Below, piece after piece: positions 49,723 through 60,613 of a stretch of DNA of 64,000 nt (its first letter is position 1; the number at the start of each line of letters is the position of its first letter). The position numbers were made by a program, and so were the translations under genes. The notes under the pieces were generated by a model that was given only the letters and a program-made list of their open reading frames with translations, was not told the origin of the DNA and ran no database searches. Source of the DNA: Candidatus Bathyarchaeota archaeon (lineage in GTDB: Archaea; Thermoproteota; Bathyarchaeia; Bathyarchaeales; Bathycorpusculaceae); contig CAWFFH010000003.1 of the NCBI GenBank assembly GCA_963815095.1, positions 992,001-1,056,000 of the forward strand. Reading direction: 5' to 3'.

Positions 49723-50940
49723 ATAACCGATAAATTTGTACTAGCATACTCAGGCGGATTAGACACATCCGTGTTAATCAAGTACCTCCAAGAAAAATGT
49801 AAAGCACAAGTAATCACAGTAACAGTAGACGTTGGCCAAGGCGAAGACCTCAAGGCAGCTGAAGAAAAAGCAAACAAACTTGGCGTAATCAAACACTTCT
49901 CAATTGACGCCAAAGAAGAATTCGTAAAAGAATATATTTTTCCCGCTATCAAAGCCAACGCTCTCTATGAAGGCAAATATCCAATCAGCACAAGCCTCTC
50001 ACGCCCACTCATAGCTAAGAAAATGGTTGAAATCGCCGAGAAAGAAGGCGCAACAGGTTTAGCTCACGGTTGCACAGGCAGAGGAAATGACCAAGTACGC
50101 TTCGATGTAACCTTGGGCGCACTGGCACCAGAAAAACAGATACTTGCTCCAGTACGTGAATGGGGCTTAACGCGCGAAGAAGAAATCGCTTATGCTAAAA
50201 CCAAAGGCATCCCCGTCTCTGACTCCGCAAAGAAATACAGCATCGACTCAAGCGTTTGGGGACGAGCCATCGAATGCGGCTTGCTCGAAGATGCAAGTCA
50301 GGCACCGCCAGATGACGCTTACGAATGGACCATTGCCCCGGAAAAAGCTCCCGACAAGCCAGAAATTGTCACAATAACATTTGAGGCAGGCGTTCCAGTT
50401 GCAGTTAACGGCAAGAAAATGTCGCCCCTTGCACTCATAGAAGAAGTAAACAGAATCGCAGGGAGAAACGGTGTAGGCCGAATTGACCACATCGAAGACC
50501 GTATAGTTGGTTTAAAATCCAGAGAAGTCTACGAATGTCCAGCCGCAACAGTGATTTTGGAAGCCCACAAAGACCTCGAAAAAATGGTCATGACCCGCCA
50601 CCAGGTCCTCTTCAAACAGCAAATCGATGCAGAGTGGGTATTTTTAGCATATGCTGGATTGTGGGTTGACCCCTTAAAAGACGACTTAGACGCGTTCATC
50701 AATAAATCCCAAGAAAATGTCTCTGGCGAAGTCAAACTTAAACTATACAAAGGCAGCCTTTTAGTTATCGGACGCAGCTCACCAAATTCACTCTACGATA
50801 AGAACCTAGCCAACTACAACATCAAAACAAGCTTCAACCAATCCTACAGCAAAGGCTTCATCGAGCTCTGGGGAATGCAGACAAGAATGTACAACTCGCT
50901 CAAGAAGGCCAGCCAAAAGCCAAAGGCAAAGAAAGCCTAA
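49723..50940 (+). CDS. argG: Argininosuccinate synthase
   Basis: VLAYSGGLDTS (upstream of the track start), HGCTGRGNDQVRF, GLKSREVYE; start codon uncertain (ATA 49723). Confidence 0.95.
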   Translation: MTDKFVLAYSGGLDTSVLIKYLQEKCKAQVITVTVDVGQGEDLKAAEEKANKLGVIKHFSIDAKEEFVKEYIFPAIKANALYEGKYPISTSLSRPLIAKKMVEIAEKEGATGLAHGCTGRGNDQVRFDVTLGALAPEKQILAPVREWGLTREEEIAYAKTKGIPVSDSAKKYSIDSSVWGRAIECGLLEDASQAPPDDAYEWTIAPEKAPDKPEIVTITFEAGVPVAVNGKKMSPLALIEEVNRIAGRNGVGRIDHIEDRIVGLKSREVYECPAATVILEAHKDLEKMVMTRHQVLFKQQIDAEWVFLAYAGLWVDPLKDDLDAFINKSQENVSGEVKLKLYKGSLLVIGRSSPNSLYDKNLANYNIKTSFNQSYSKGFIELWGMQTRMYNSLKKASQKPKAKKA

Positions 50941-50988
50941 TTTTTCTTTAATTCAATATTGGACGGAGGGCAAGGAGAAACGTCAAAG

Positions 50989-52491
50989 ATGCTGCATGGA
51001 GGACGACTGGGTAATGTCAGAGAAGACGTTGCAAAGTTTACGTCCTCACGCAAAGATGATGCGCGCTTAGCCGATGCTGTTTTAGCCATCAACAAAGCCC
51101 ACGTAGTCATGCTTATGGAACAAAAAATTATCCAATGGCAAGACGGCGCAAAAATCCTCTCAGCCCTCCAAAAACAAGACAGCCAAAAACTCGACCCCAA
51201 CGCCGAAGACGTCCACATGGCCGTGGAAGAAGCGGTTTTAGCTGAGACGGGTCCTGAGGTTGGCGGAAACCTGCATATTGCCAAAAGCAGAAACGACCAA
51301 GTTACAACAGCAATCCGCATGGCGCTACGCAAAGAGTTGCTCAGCATTATGCAACAAGTGCTCGAAATGCAGGAAAGCCTCCTGGCAACAGCCAGCAAAC
51401 ACGCTGAAACCGTCATTTTAGCCTACACTCACCTACAACCAGCCCAACCAGTCACCTTCGCCCATTACTTACTCTCTCACGTTGATGGGTTGGGACGTGA
51501 CCTGCAAAGATTACAAAGTGTTTACGAACGAGTTAACCTGTGTCCTCTTGGCGCTGGAGCACTTGCAACCACAAGTTTCCCAATAGACCGAAAAACAACC
51601 GCGGAACTTTTAGGCTTCGATGCAGTGTTGGAGAATTCAATTGACGCGGTCGGCAGCCGAGACTTTATACTCGAAACACAATCGGCACTGACCCTGCTTG
51701 CGGTTAACTTGAGTCGTTTAGCTGAGGACCTGATAATCTGGAGTTCGTCAGAATTCGGCACAGTCGAGTTGCCTGACGAGTTCACATCAACCAGCAGTAT
51801 AATGCCGCAAAAGAAGAACCCTGAAGTTCTCGAAGTTATCCGTGCAAGAGCCAGCTACGCCTTGGGCGATTTTGTGACTTCTGCCGCTGCGCTTAAGAGT
51901 TTGCCTTCAACCTACAATCTTGATTTCCAAGAGATAACGCCGAAGCTTTGGGCATCAACCGACAACCTCTCCGCGTCTTTGAGCATATTTGCAAAACTTA
52001 TCCCCAACTTGAAAGTTACCTCAAACGTTGAAGTCAAAGCTGCCGCGGGCTTTGTGGGCGCAACTGAACTTGCCAACATGCTTGTGCGGAAATATAGTGT
52101 TGCTTTCCGAACATCCCACAAGATAGTCGGCGCCTTAGTCAAGGCGTTGATCGATTCTAAACAGACTTTACTTGATGCAACTCCTGAAATGGTACAGAAA
52201 GTAGCTCAGGAAACTGCAGAAGTCAAATTAACGGTCAAAAAATCAGACATACTTGAATGCACAAATCCCCGCAAACTAATCGAAACCTATAAAGTTCAAG
52301 GCGGTCCCTCACCCGCAGAGGTCGAAAGATCAATCACATCAACAACGAAAACTCTATCACAGACAAAGGCAAACATAACTAAACTCCAAGAAAACCTTAC
52401 AAACGCAGAAAATACCCTCAAATCGACCGTGAAATCCCACTCTCAAACGGATTCTTCCAAAAACGGAAGACTTAAAAATTCAAAGTTATAG
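50989..52491 (+). CDS. argH: Argininosuccinate lyase
   Basis: SRNDQV, YTHLQPAQP, SSIMPQKKNP; start 50989 or TTG 50959. Confidence 0.95.
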   Translation: MLHGGRLGNVREDVAKFTSSRKDDARLADAVLAINKAHVVMLMEQKIIQWQDGAKILSALQKQDSQKLDPNAEDVHMAVEEAVLAETGPEVGGNLHIAKSRNDQVTTAIRMALRKELLSIMQQVLEMQESLLATASKHAETVILAYTHLQPAQPVTFAHYLLSHVDGLGRDLQRLQSVYERVNLCPLGAGALATTSFPIDRKTTAELLGFDAVLENSIDAVGSRDFILETQSALTLLAVNLSRLAEDLIIWSSSEFGTVELPDEFTSTSSIMPQKKNPEVLEVIRARASYALGDFVTSAAALKSLPSTYNLDFQEITPKLWASTDNLSASLSIFAKLIPNLKVTSNVEVKAAAGFVGATELANMLVRKYSVAFRTSHKIVGALVKALIDSKQTLLDATPEMVQKVAQETAEVKLTVKKSDILECTNPRKLIETYKVQGGPSPAEVERSITSTTKTLSQTKANITKLQENLTNAENTLKSTVKSHSQTDSSKNGRLKNSKL

Positions 52492-52492
52492 G

Positions 52493-53653
52493 TTGAATAG
52501 GGCTTTGGTCCCACAAAATAGCACGTCCAACAATAATAAAAAAGCGATACTGCTTCTTGAAGACGGAACGTCCTTTATCGGTAAAGGTTTTGGTGCAACA
52601 GGAAAAATCTCTGGCGAAGTTGTTTTCTCGACTCAAATGGTTGGTTATCCCGAAGCGTTGACAGATCCGTCGTATAAGGGGCAGATTTTAACTTTCACTT
52701 ATCCGCTTGTAGGTAACTACGGCGTTCCATGCAACGAACAAAACCTCGGATTGCCGCTTTATTTTGAGAGCGACCACATCCAAGTTCAAGGACTCGTTAT
52801 TCATGAGCTTTGTCTTGAACCGTTCCATTGGGCATCCACAAGAACCCTCGACAAATGGTTAGCTGACGAAGGCGTCCCAGGAATCTACGGTATAGACACA
52901 AGACGCTTAACTAAGAAACTTCGCACCCACGGAGTTATGCTGGGTATAATTCAGGTTTTTGAAGCAGGCGAAGAACCCAACTTAGACGCGCTCTTAAAGA
53001 ACGGCAAAAACATCGCTGACCCCAACCTAACTGACCTTGTAAAGGAAGTTTCGGTGAAGAAGCCATGCAAATACACTGTTGAAGGCGCTAAGAAAAGTGT
53101 GGTCTTAATCGACTGTGGCGTTAAATTCAGCATCATTCGCAACCTGCTCAAAAGAGGCATCAACGTAAATCGGGTACCATATGACACATCAGCCAGCGAA
53201 ATCATGGCTTACAACCCTGACGGTGTCTTCTTAAGTAACGGTCCAGGCGACCCAAAGAAATGCACAAAAACAATCGAGGCTATCCGCGAGTTGTCTGAGA
53301 AAGTTCCACTTATGGGCATATGCCTTGGAGCGCAAATACTTGCGTTATCATTAGGCGGAGATACTTACAAACTCAAATTCGGTCATCGCGCCCAAAACCA
53401 ACCTGCCCTTGACCTAAACAGCAGTCGATGCTACATCACCACCCAAAACCACGGCTACGCCATAAACTTGGATTCACTAACAAATACGCCCTTGGAACCA
53501 TGGTTCATCAATCCCAACGACAAAACCACTGAAGGCGTAAAACACAAGTGCAAACCCGTCTTTGCGGTTCAATGGCACCCCGAAGCCTCACCAGGACCAT
53601 ACGACACCGAGTTATTGTTTGATAAATTCGCTAAAACCTTGGAGGTCAAGTAA
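52493..53653 (+). CDS. carA: Carbamoyl-phosphate synthase small subunit
   Basis: LEDG, TDPSY.GQ, SNGPGDP, GICLG, QWHPEASPGP. Confidence 0.96.
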   Translation: MNRALVPQNSTSNNNKKAILLLEDGTSFIGKGFGATGKISGEVVFSTQMVGYPEALTDPSYKGQILTFTYPLVGNYGVPCNEQNLGLPLYFESDHIQVQGLVIHELCLEPFHWASTRTLDKWLADEGVPGIYGIDTRRLTKKLRTHGVMLGIIQVFEAGEEPNLDALLKNGKNIADPNLTDLVKEVSVKKPCKYTVEGAKKSVVLIDCGVKFSIIRNLLKRGINVNRVPYDTSASEIMAYNPDGVFLSNGPGDPKKCTKTIEAIRELSEKVPLMGICLGAQILALSLGGDTYKLKFGHRAQNQPALDLNSSRCYITTQNHGYAINLDSLTNTPLEPWFINPNDKTTEGVKHKCKPVFAVQWHPEASPGPYDTELLFDKFAKTLEVK

Positions 53654-53654
53654 G

Positions 53655-56600
53655 ATGCCCAAGTTCGATTGGATAAAGAAAGTTCTGGTTCTTGGCAGCG
53701 GCGCCATTAAAATCGGTGAAGCAGCTGAATTCGATTATTCAGGAAGCCAATGTTTAAAGGCTCTGCGAGAAGAGGGCATCGAAACCGTTCTCATTAACCC
53801 CAACATAGCCACCATCCAAACCGACCCCCGACTCTCAGGCAAAGTATACCTTCTCCCAGTCACTCCCGAATTTGTTGAGAAGGTCATAGTTAAAGAACGT
53901 CCAAACGGAATCCTCTTGGGCTTCGGTGGACAAACCGCGCTTAACTGCGGGTTGGAACTTGAAAAGACTGGTATCCTTCAAAAATATAATGTCAAAGTTT
54001 TAGGTACCCCCGTCCAAGCTATAGAGGACACGGGTGACCGTGAAAGATTCCGTCAAGCCATGGAAAAAGCAGGCGTGCCTTTCCTAAAAAGCCGAGCCGC
54101 TACCAGCGTAAAACAGGCGAGCGAGATTGCCGATGAAATCGGTTACCCCGTAATGGTTCGTGTAGCTTACACGTTGGGCGGTAAAGGTGCCGGTGTTGCT
54201 CACGATATCAAAGAACTTAAAGAAATTGTAACAATCGGCATTGCACAGAGCCGTATCAACCAGGTCCTCGTTGAAGAGTATGTGGGGCACTGGAAAGAAG
54301 TTGAATACGAAGTTATGCGTGACTACGCAGATAACTGCTTAACTGTCTGTAACATGGAAAATTTTGATCCCATGGGTATCCACACAGGCGACAGCATCGT
54401 TGTCGCGCCTTCACAGACCATGACTAACCGCGAATACCACCAGATCCGCTCAATATCCATAAACGCTATCCGTAGTCTCGGCATCGTTGGCGAATGCAAC
54501 ATCCAATGGGCGCTACACGCTAAATCCGAGGAATGCCGCGTCATCGAAGTCAACTCACGAATGTCCCGTAGCTCCGCTCTTGCAAGCAAAGTCACAGGAT
54601 ACCCACTTGCTTACATCGCCACAAAACTCACATTAGGCTACACCCTACCCGAACTAATCAACAAAGTCACTGAAGTCACAACCGCGTGCTTCGAACCAGC
54701 ACTCGACTACATAACCGTAAAAATCCCCCGTTGGGACTTACAGAAATTCAAGAACGCTGATCGCCATGTTGGTCCACAGATGCGTTCCGTGGGCGAAGTC
54801 ATGGCTATTGGTAGATGCTTCGAGGAAGCCCTCCAGAAAGCCGTTCGCATGCTTGATACCGGAAAAATAGGTCTCGTTTGTAACCCAGAAGACGCAGAAC
54901 CAGAAACTGAAGAGCGCCTAAGAGACGAAATGGCACATCCCACCGACGAACGTCTCTATAAGATTGCCAAAGCACTCAAAATCGGCATCTCTATAATGGA
55001 GATTTACCGCTTAAGCGGCGTAGACCCCTTCTTCCTACATAAAATTCAAAACATCATAGATATGGAAGCTCAACTTCGCACCCTAAACCTCGCCGAAGCC
55101 TCAGCGCCAGAAATAATCCGGGAAGCGAAACGCCTCGGTTTCTCAGACCAGCAAATAGCTGAATGCCAAACCACAGACGAATTCACGATTAGAGCATTTA
55201 GAAAAAACGCTAACATTATTCCTGCAATCAAACAGATTGACACGTTGGCAGCAGAGTGGCCAGCAAAAACCAATTATCTCTACATGACTTACGGTGGAGA
55301 CGAAGATGACATAGAATTAACAACCACGCAAAGCAAAGTAATTGTCCTCGGTGCAGGCGTTTTCCGTATTGGTTCTAGCGTAGAGTTCGACTGGTGCGGC
55401 GTCAACACAATCTGGGCCCTAAAGAAAAACGGCATAAAAGAAGCTATCATGGTCAACTACAACCCCGAAACCGTCTCCACAGACTATGACATCTCAGACA
55501 AACTTTACTTCGAAGAACTCACCATTGAACGGATTTTGGACATTTATGAAAAAGAAAACCCGTTGGGCGTTATAACAAGCGTGGGTGGGCAAATTCCAAA
55601 TAACCTTGCTATGACCCTCTCGAAAGCAGGCGTAAAACTGCTGGGTACATCGGCGGAGAACGTGGATTTGGCGGAAGATCGCTCGAAATTCAGCGCCCTC
55701 CTCGACCAGCTGGAAATATGCCAGCCGAGCTGGAGCAAGCTCCAATCCATCGAGGAGGCAAAACGGTTTGCACATAAAATCGGTTACCCTGTCCTTGTGC
55801 GCCCAAGCTACGTGCTATCTGGTTCAGCGATGCGAGTTGCCTACAACGAGTCCTCTCTTGAAAACTTCCTCAACTTAGCCGCTAAAGTAGGCCGCGACCA
55901 TCCCGTAGTCATCAGCAAATTCATCACACAAGCAAAAGAAGTCGAAGTAGACGGCGTTTCCGACGGAGAAAACGTGTTTATCGGTGCCATAATGGAGCAC
56001 GTTGAAAATGCGGGAGTTCACAGCGGCGACGCAACTATGACTATTCCGCCTCAAGCCCTAAAAATTGAGGTTCAAAAGAAAATCGAAGAATGCACCCAGA
56101 GCATCGTTAAGGCGCTTCAAATTCACGGGCCCTTCAATATTCAATACCTCGTCAAAGATGATGTAGTCAACGTTATCGAATGTAACCTACGGGCTTCCCG
56201 TTCTATGCCGTTTGTCAGCAAGACTCGGGGCATAAACATGATTGAGCTGGCCACTTTGGCGATGTTGGGCAAAAAAATCGATGGCGTCAAACTCTCACCA
56301 ATGTGTGTTGCACCTCATGTTGGCGTGAAGGTTCCGCAGTTCAGCTTTATGCGCTTAAGCGGTGCCGACCCAGTTTTGGGAGTAGAGATGCTCAGCACGG
56401 GCGAAGTTGCGTGTTTAGGTGAAAACTTTTCAGATGCTTTCAGCAAGGCGTTGCAGGCTGCTGAGTTTACGATTCCGCCCAAAGATGGTAATGTGTTCAT
56501 CAGTGTCGGCGGCGACGGCGCTCGAAAGGCGCGAGTTGTTCCGATTGCAAAAGCGCTGGCTGAAATGGGATTCAAAATTTACGCAACCCAACACACTGCT

Positions 56601-56930
56601 GATGTGCTCATCGCTAACGGCGTAGTTGCCACTGTGCTCTACAAGGTCAAAGATGCCCAGGTTAGCCCCAACATAATGGATTACTTGCAGGAACGCAAAA
56701 TCGACTTAGTAATCAATGTGCCCATGGCGAATAGATCCTCAAGCTTCTCAGACATCTTAACCGACGGCTACATTATCCGACGCCAAGCAGTAGAATTCAA
56801 TATACCCGTCATTACAAACCTACAACTTGCAGCCGCACTCGTCGAAGTCCTAAAAACCAAAGGCAAAAACGGCGACAGCATACGCAGCCTAAACGAATAC
56901 ATGGACGACTTACCCTGGAAACAATGGTAG
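53655..56930 (+). CDS. carB: Carbamoyl-phosphate synthase large subunit
   Basis: GSGAIKIGEAAEFDYSG, duplicated ATP-grasp, MGS domain; start at ATG 53655. Confidence 0.97.
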   Translation: MPKFDWIKKVLVLGSGAIKIGEAAEFDYSGSQCLKALREEGIETVLINPNIATIQTDPRLSGKVYLLPVTPEFVEKVIVKERPNGILLGFGGQTALNCGLELEKTGILQKYNVKVLGTPVQAIEDTGDRERFRQAMEKAGVPFLKSRAATSVKQASEIADEIGYPVMVRVAYTLGGKGAGVAHDIKELKEIVTIGIAQSRINQVLVEEYVGHWKEVEYEVMRDYADNCLTVCNMENFDPMGIHTGDSIVVAPSQTMTNREYHQIRSISINAIRSLGIVGECNIQWALHAKSEECRVIEVNSRMSRSSALASKVTGYPLAYIATKLTLGYTLPELINKVTEVTTACFEPALDYITVKIPRWDLQKFKNADRHVGPQMRSVGEVMAIGRCFEEALQKAVRMLDTGKIGLVCNPEDAEPETEERLRDEMAHPTDERLYKIAKALKIGISIMEIYRLSGVDPFFLHKIQNIIDMEAQLRTLNLAEASAPEIIREAKRLGFSDQQIAECQTTDEFTIRAFRKNANIIPAIKQIDTLAAEWPAKTNYLYMTYGGDEDDIELTTTQSKVIVLGAGVFRIGSSVEFDWCGVNTIWALKKNGIKEAIMVNYNPETVSTDYDISDKLYFEELTIERILDIYEKENPLGVITSVGGQIPNNLAMTLSKAGVKLLGTSAENVDLAEDRSKFSALLDQLEICQPSWSKLQSIEEAKRFAHKIGYPVLVRPSYVLSGSAMRVAYNESSLENFLNLAAKVGRDHPVVISKFITQAKEVEVDGVSDGENVFIGAIMEHVENAGVHSGDATMTIPPQALKIEVQKKIEECTQSIVKALQIHGPFNIQYLVKDDVVNVIECNLRASRSMPFVSKTRGINMIELATLAMLGKKIDGVKLSPMCVAPHVGVKVPQFSFMRLSGADPVLGVEMLSTGEVACLGENFSDAFSKALQAAEFTIPPKDGNVFISVGGDGARKARVVPIAKALAEMGFKIYATQHTADVLIANGVVATVLYKVKDAQVSPNIMDYLQERKIDLVINVPMANRSSSFSDILTDGYIIRRQAVEFNIPVITNLQLAAALVEVLKTKGKNGDSIRSLNEYMDDLPWKQW

Positions 56931-57089
56931 CCTTCGCTTCCTCTCTATCTTTCTTCAATGAACTTTATTCGGTTCTAATATTATTTCGCTGGTCATCTTA
57001 GCCCATTAAATTAAGTACAATGTTCTCAGTTTTACGCAAAAAATATATTCGTGCGCCACCTTCTCGATTGAGCATCAAGGTAACCTACT

Positions 57090-58592
57090 TTGTCTAACCA
57101 AGCTAAAACTCGGACAGTAGAAGAAATTAACCAGAAAATCCGCAAAGGCGACGCCCAAGTTTTAACCGCTGAAGAAATGAAAAAGCTGGTTGAAAGCAGC
57201 GGCGTCGAAGTTGCCTTCAAAGAAGTAGACGTTGTTACCACCGGCACTTTCGGAGCCATGTGCTCATCAGGTGCTGTGGTGAACCTTGGGCATTCTGACC
57301 CACCCATAAAGATTGAAAAGGCATGGATGAATGATGTGGAAGTTTGTCACCCCGGAGCCGCTGTGGACTTGTTTATTGGGGCTACTTGCATGTCGGACAA
57401 GTTGCCTTTCGAATACGGCGGAGGACATGTAATACAAGATCTGGTCGCGGGAAATGAGGTTGAACTCAGAGCCACCGCGTATGGGACTGACTGTTACCCG
57501 AGAACTTCAGTAAAAACAACCATAACCAAACACGATTTGAACCAGTTTTACCTGCTTAACTTCCGCAACTGCTACCAGCGCTACAACTGCGCCGTGAACA
57601 GCAGCGACGAAATCATCTACACTTACATGAGTAAACTTTTGCCCAGATTCCGAAACGCCACCTTCTCAGGCGCAGGCGAACTCAACCCACTCATGAATGA
57701 CCCTGACTATGAAACGATGGGTATGGGAACCCGAATATTCCTCGGAGGCGCTCAAGGCTACATCATAGGCGAGGGAACGCAGCATAGCCCCAAAAACCTC
57801 AACGGAACCCTGATGGTTAAAGGCGATGCAAAAAAGATGTCACCTGAATTTCTGCAAGGTGCCGCCTTCACAGGGTACGGAACGTCAATGTATGTAGGTT
57901 TAGGTATCCCAATTCCGATTCTAAACGAAGGTTTAGCAAAAAAAACTGCAATTCAGGACAAAGACATCCTAACCGACATCGTCGACTACAGTGTACCCCG
58001 ACGTGACCGCCCCAAGTTTGGGCAAGTCAGCTACAAAGAATTAAAATCAGGTTCCATCACCGTTAACGGCAAAAAAGTCCGTGTAAGCTCACTATCCAGC
58101 CTAAAAATGGCGAAAAAGGTATCTCAAACTCTAAAGTCCTGGATTGATGAAGGCAGTTTCTTGTTAACCTCGCCTGTTGAGCGGTTGCCAACAAACACAG
58201 TTTTTAAGCCCATGCGACAAACAGAGGAAATCCCGTTCGTTGTTAGCGTTATGCACCCGGCAGTTACATGCACAGAGGACGAAGAGATACAAGCCATCGC
58301 AAAACGCATCGTCACCAGATCAGTCAACCACATAGTCGTGGTGGATAGCCTGGGTAAATTGCTTGGAATCGTCACTTCATGGGACGTCACGCGGGCTATG
58401 GCGGAAGGCAAAACAGCATTAGCCGACATAGAATCCCACAACGTCGTCACCGCAAAACCTGACGAGCCATTGGAGATTGCTTCTAAACGCATGGCACAAA
58501 ACAACATCTCAGCACTGCCCGTGATTGACATAGAAAAGAAGGTGCTGGGAATAATTACTGCAGAAGATGTTTCAAAACTGTTAGGACGGTAA
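57090..58592 (+). CDS. Homocysteine biosynthesis protein (DUF39 + CBS; aspartate-semialdehyde sulfurtransferase, MA1821-like)
   Basis: VDVVTTGTFGAMCSSG, GTDCYPR, GEGTQH, tandem CBS domains. Confidence 0.9.
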   Translation: MSNQAKTRTVEEINQKIRKGDAQVLTAEEMKKLVESSGVEVAFKEVDVVTTGTFGAMCSSGAVVNLGHSDPPIKIEKAWMNDVEVCHPGAAVDLFIGATCMSDKLPFEYGGGHVIQDLVAGNEVELRATAYGTDCYPRTSVKTTITKHDLNQFYLLNFRNCYQRYNCAVNSSDEIIYTYMSKLLPRFRNATFSGAGELNPLMNDPDYETMGMGTRIFLGGAQGYIIGEGTQHSPKNLNGTLMVKGDAKKMSPEFLQGAAFTGYGTSMYVGLGIPIPILNEGLAKKTAIQDKDILTDIVDYSVPRRDRPKFGQVSYKELKSGSITVNGKKVRVSSLSSLKMAKKVSQTLKSWIDEGSFLLTSPVERLPTNTVFKPMRQTEEIPFVVSVMHPAVTCTEDEEIQAIAKRIVTRSVNHIVVVDSLGKLLGIVTSWDVTRAMAEGKTALADIESHNVVTAKPDEPLEIASKRMAQNNISALPVIDIEKKVLGIITAEDVSKLLGR

Positions 58593-58597
58593 ATAGA

Positions 58598-59032
58598 TTG
58601 GCAAGAATTCTCATAAGGTTCGACGAAAATCAAGTTTCAGAGCCCATAGCATCCCAAATTATCATCGAACACAAGGTTCCTATGGCTATTTTGTCGGCTC
58701 ACATTAACTCGAAGGGCGGCGAAATTCTAGCCGAGGTTCCCGATGCGATGGCAGAAAAAGTTGTCAATGCTTTCCGTCAAAGAGGAGTCTCAGTAACTGT
58801 GCCAAAACTAATCGAAGTTGACAGCGACAAATGCTTCAGCTGCGGCAGCTGCATCTCGCTTTGCCCCGTAGAAGCAATCAGCTTAAACAAAGAATCCACA
58901 GTGCAGTTCGATAAGGAGAAGTGTGTGGGTAGCACCTGCAGTATCTGCGTTGATGCCTGTCCTCCCCGAGCCATAAAATCAATAAAACAAAGCAGCCTTG
59001 AAAACTCAGCTAACAGGAAAAAGAAAAGTTGA
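58598..59032 (+). CDS. NIL-domain ferredoxin (MA1822-like)
   Basis: NIL domain plus CFSCGSC..CP and C...C..C..CP. Confidence 0.88.
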   Translation: MARILIRFDENQVSEPIASQIIIEHKVPMAILSAHINSKGGEILAEVPDAMAEKVVNAFRQRGVSVTVPKLIEVDSDKCFSCGSCISLCPVEAISLNKESTVQFDKEKCVGSTCSICVDACPPRAIKSIKQSSLENSANRKKKS

Positions 59033-59736
59033 CAAGGCAGCAGCTTTTCAAAGTACCCTTTTCCCATAAAGAGTCGCAGTGCACAATTATTTCTGATAAG
59101 CCAAAAGCCATTGAAGCCGCCAAAGAATCCATAAGACGCAACTATTTGGAACTTGAACTCTATGTGCGAGCCAACCCCAAATTTTTACATACATTAACTC
59201 CTATTCCGGCACCAGAAAAACCAATTGTTGCCAAGTTGATGGCATTAGCTGCCGAAAAGGCGGATGTTGGTCCAATGGCGGCAGTTGCAGGCGTCATAGC
59301 AGATCTTGCCGTAGAAGACATGCTCCGCGAGGGTTGCAAGGTGGCTGTTGTGGAGGATGGCGGCGAAATCTCCGCGGTCTCAAACCAACCCGTTGACGTG
59401 GCTGTTGCCGCAGGCGAAGAACCTCTCTCAAACCGCTTCGGCTTCAGGCTTACAGAATTCCCAATCGGCGTCGCCACAAGCTCCGGGCGCTTTAGTCATG
59501 CACTCAGTTTTGGGGATGCAGAAGCAGCGGTTGTTTTCTGCAAGAACGCCTCCTTAGCAGATGCGGCAGCTACTGCGGTTGGTAATGTTGTAAAAGGTGA
59601 GGACTCGAAAGCCGGAATTCAAGCGGGCATCATCAAGGGTTTATCGATTGAAGGTGTTGAAGGAGTACTCATAATTTATCAGGGGCAGGTTGGAACGGCT
59701 GGGAAAATTCCGCAGATGATCAAGATAGCGCCATAA
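59029..59736 (+). CDS. UPF0280 / ApbE-like protein (COG2122)
   Basis: VGPMAAVAG, DGGEI, TSSG..HALSFG.A. Confidence 0.9.
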   Translation: MTRQQLFKVPFSHKESQCTIISDKPKAIEAAKESIRRNYLELELYVRANPKFLHTLTPIPAPEKPIVAKLMALAAEKADVGPMAAVAGVIADLAVEDMLREGCKVAVVEDGGEISAVSNQPVDVAVAAGEEPLSNRFGFRLTEFPIGVATSSGRFSHALSFGDAEAAVVFCKNASLADAAATAVGNVVKGEDSKAGIQAGIIKGLSIEGVEGVLIIYQGQVGTAGKIPQMIKIAP

Positions 59737-59801
59737 AGAATTCGATCTTTATACACTTGTGAATTGAGAAAGTAACTTTTTAGAACCCCAAATCACGTTT
59801 G

Positions 59802-59845
59802 AAAGAAGAAGAAAAGGCGCAAATTTTCCAACTTTCTTCTTCTTT
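59802..59845. terminator. 13-bp inverted repeat between convergent genes
   Basis: AAAGAAGAAGAAA ... TTTCTTCTTCTTT. Confidence 0.4.
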
Positions 59846-59918
59846 TAAGCTGAGTCCATGGACGATGTAGGTATATTTTAAACAAATGTCAGCTTAACCG
59901 TTAAAATTATTGTTTGTT

Positions 59919-60308
59919 TTAAGATAGACATAAGCCATCTTTATTACATAAGCTGGGGGGAAATACTTCTTGCTTTGATGCTTTAAGTTCACTTATTCTT
60001 GTTTGCACCATCTTTAGCAGTTCTTGCCTAAGCTGCTCTCCCGAAATTTCTCGCTGAATAAAACACATTCTGCCGGCTAACACATTGTCTTTTAAAGTAT
60101 CTCTTATCCAAGCCTGGAAATCACCCCTGTGATAATGAAACAAAATAGAGCTATCAACTATGCCATTCAATTTGGCTGCAAAATCCTCCAGACTAATTGC
60201 AGAAACTTTCGTGTAAACTCCCTCTGCAGTGCAAAAAAAGAAAGCCTTCTCCTCGGGCACATTTGACAAAATATTTGAAGCTTCTTGATTTGTAAGATTT
60301 TTACTCAT
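59919..60308 (-). CDS. DUF5752-like protein
   Basis: VP.EKAF.F..G..A.SL..F..FH..RGDF..WI..L.D..LA pattern. Confidence 0.7.
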   Translation of the reverse strand: MSKNLTNQEASNILSNVPEEKAFFFCTAEGVYTKVSAISLEDFAAKLNGIVDSSILFHYHRGDFQAWIRDTLKDNVLAGRMCFIQREISGEQLRQELLKMVQTRISELKASKQEVFPPSLCNKDGLCLS

Positions 60309-60613
60309 TTCTATTCGCCTTGGCACCCTAAACCTTCGCGAGGCTACCGTATATCCGTTTGTTGTTGGGTTTAGACAGTTACAACGGTGTTAACGGTTCT
60401 TGGCAAAAACAAGTTGTTTCAATTAATACCCTAAATATGGTCCTTAAAGCAAAAGCTTGTTTGTTGGCGCCTAATAGCAGTCACAATCTTAAAATAGATA
60501 CTGAGCTGAACTAAATATGTGAATCTTGAAACATTTTTACTCAACTAGCTTGGGTGAATAACACGATTTTAGGGTTCGGTAGATCTGTTTTTTTGGAGAG
60601 GCGTAATTGTTAG

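Noticed and set aside
53562-53654. N-terminal extension of carB in the ORF track
   Set aside because: Overlaps the carA 3' end; the conserved start is MPK at 53655.
57090-59736. DUF39-CBS / NIL-ferredoxin / UPF0280 trio as a new system
   Set aside because: Already described sulfide-dependent homocysteine biosynthesis module of methanogens (MA1821/MA1822/COG2122).
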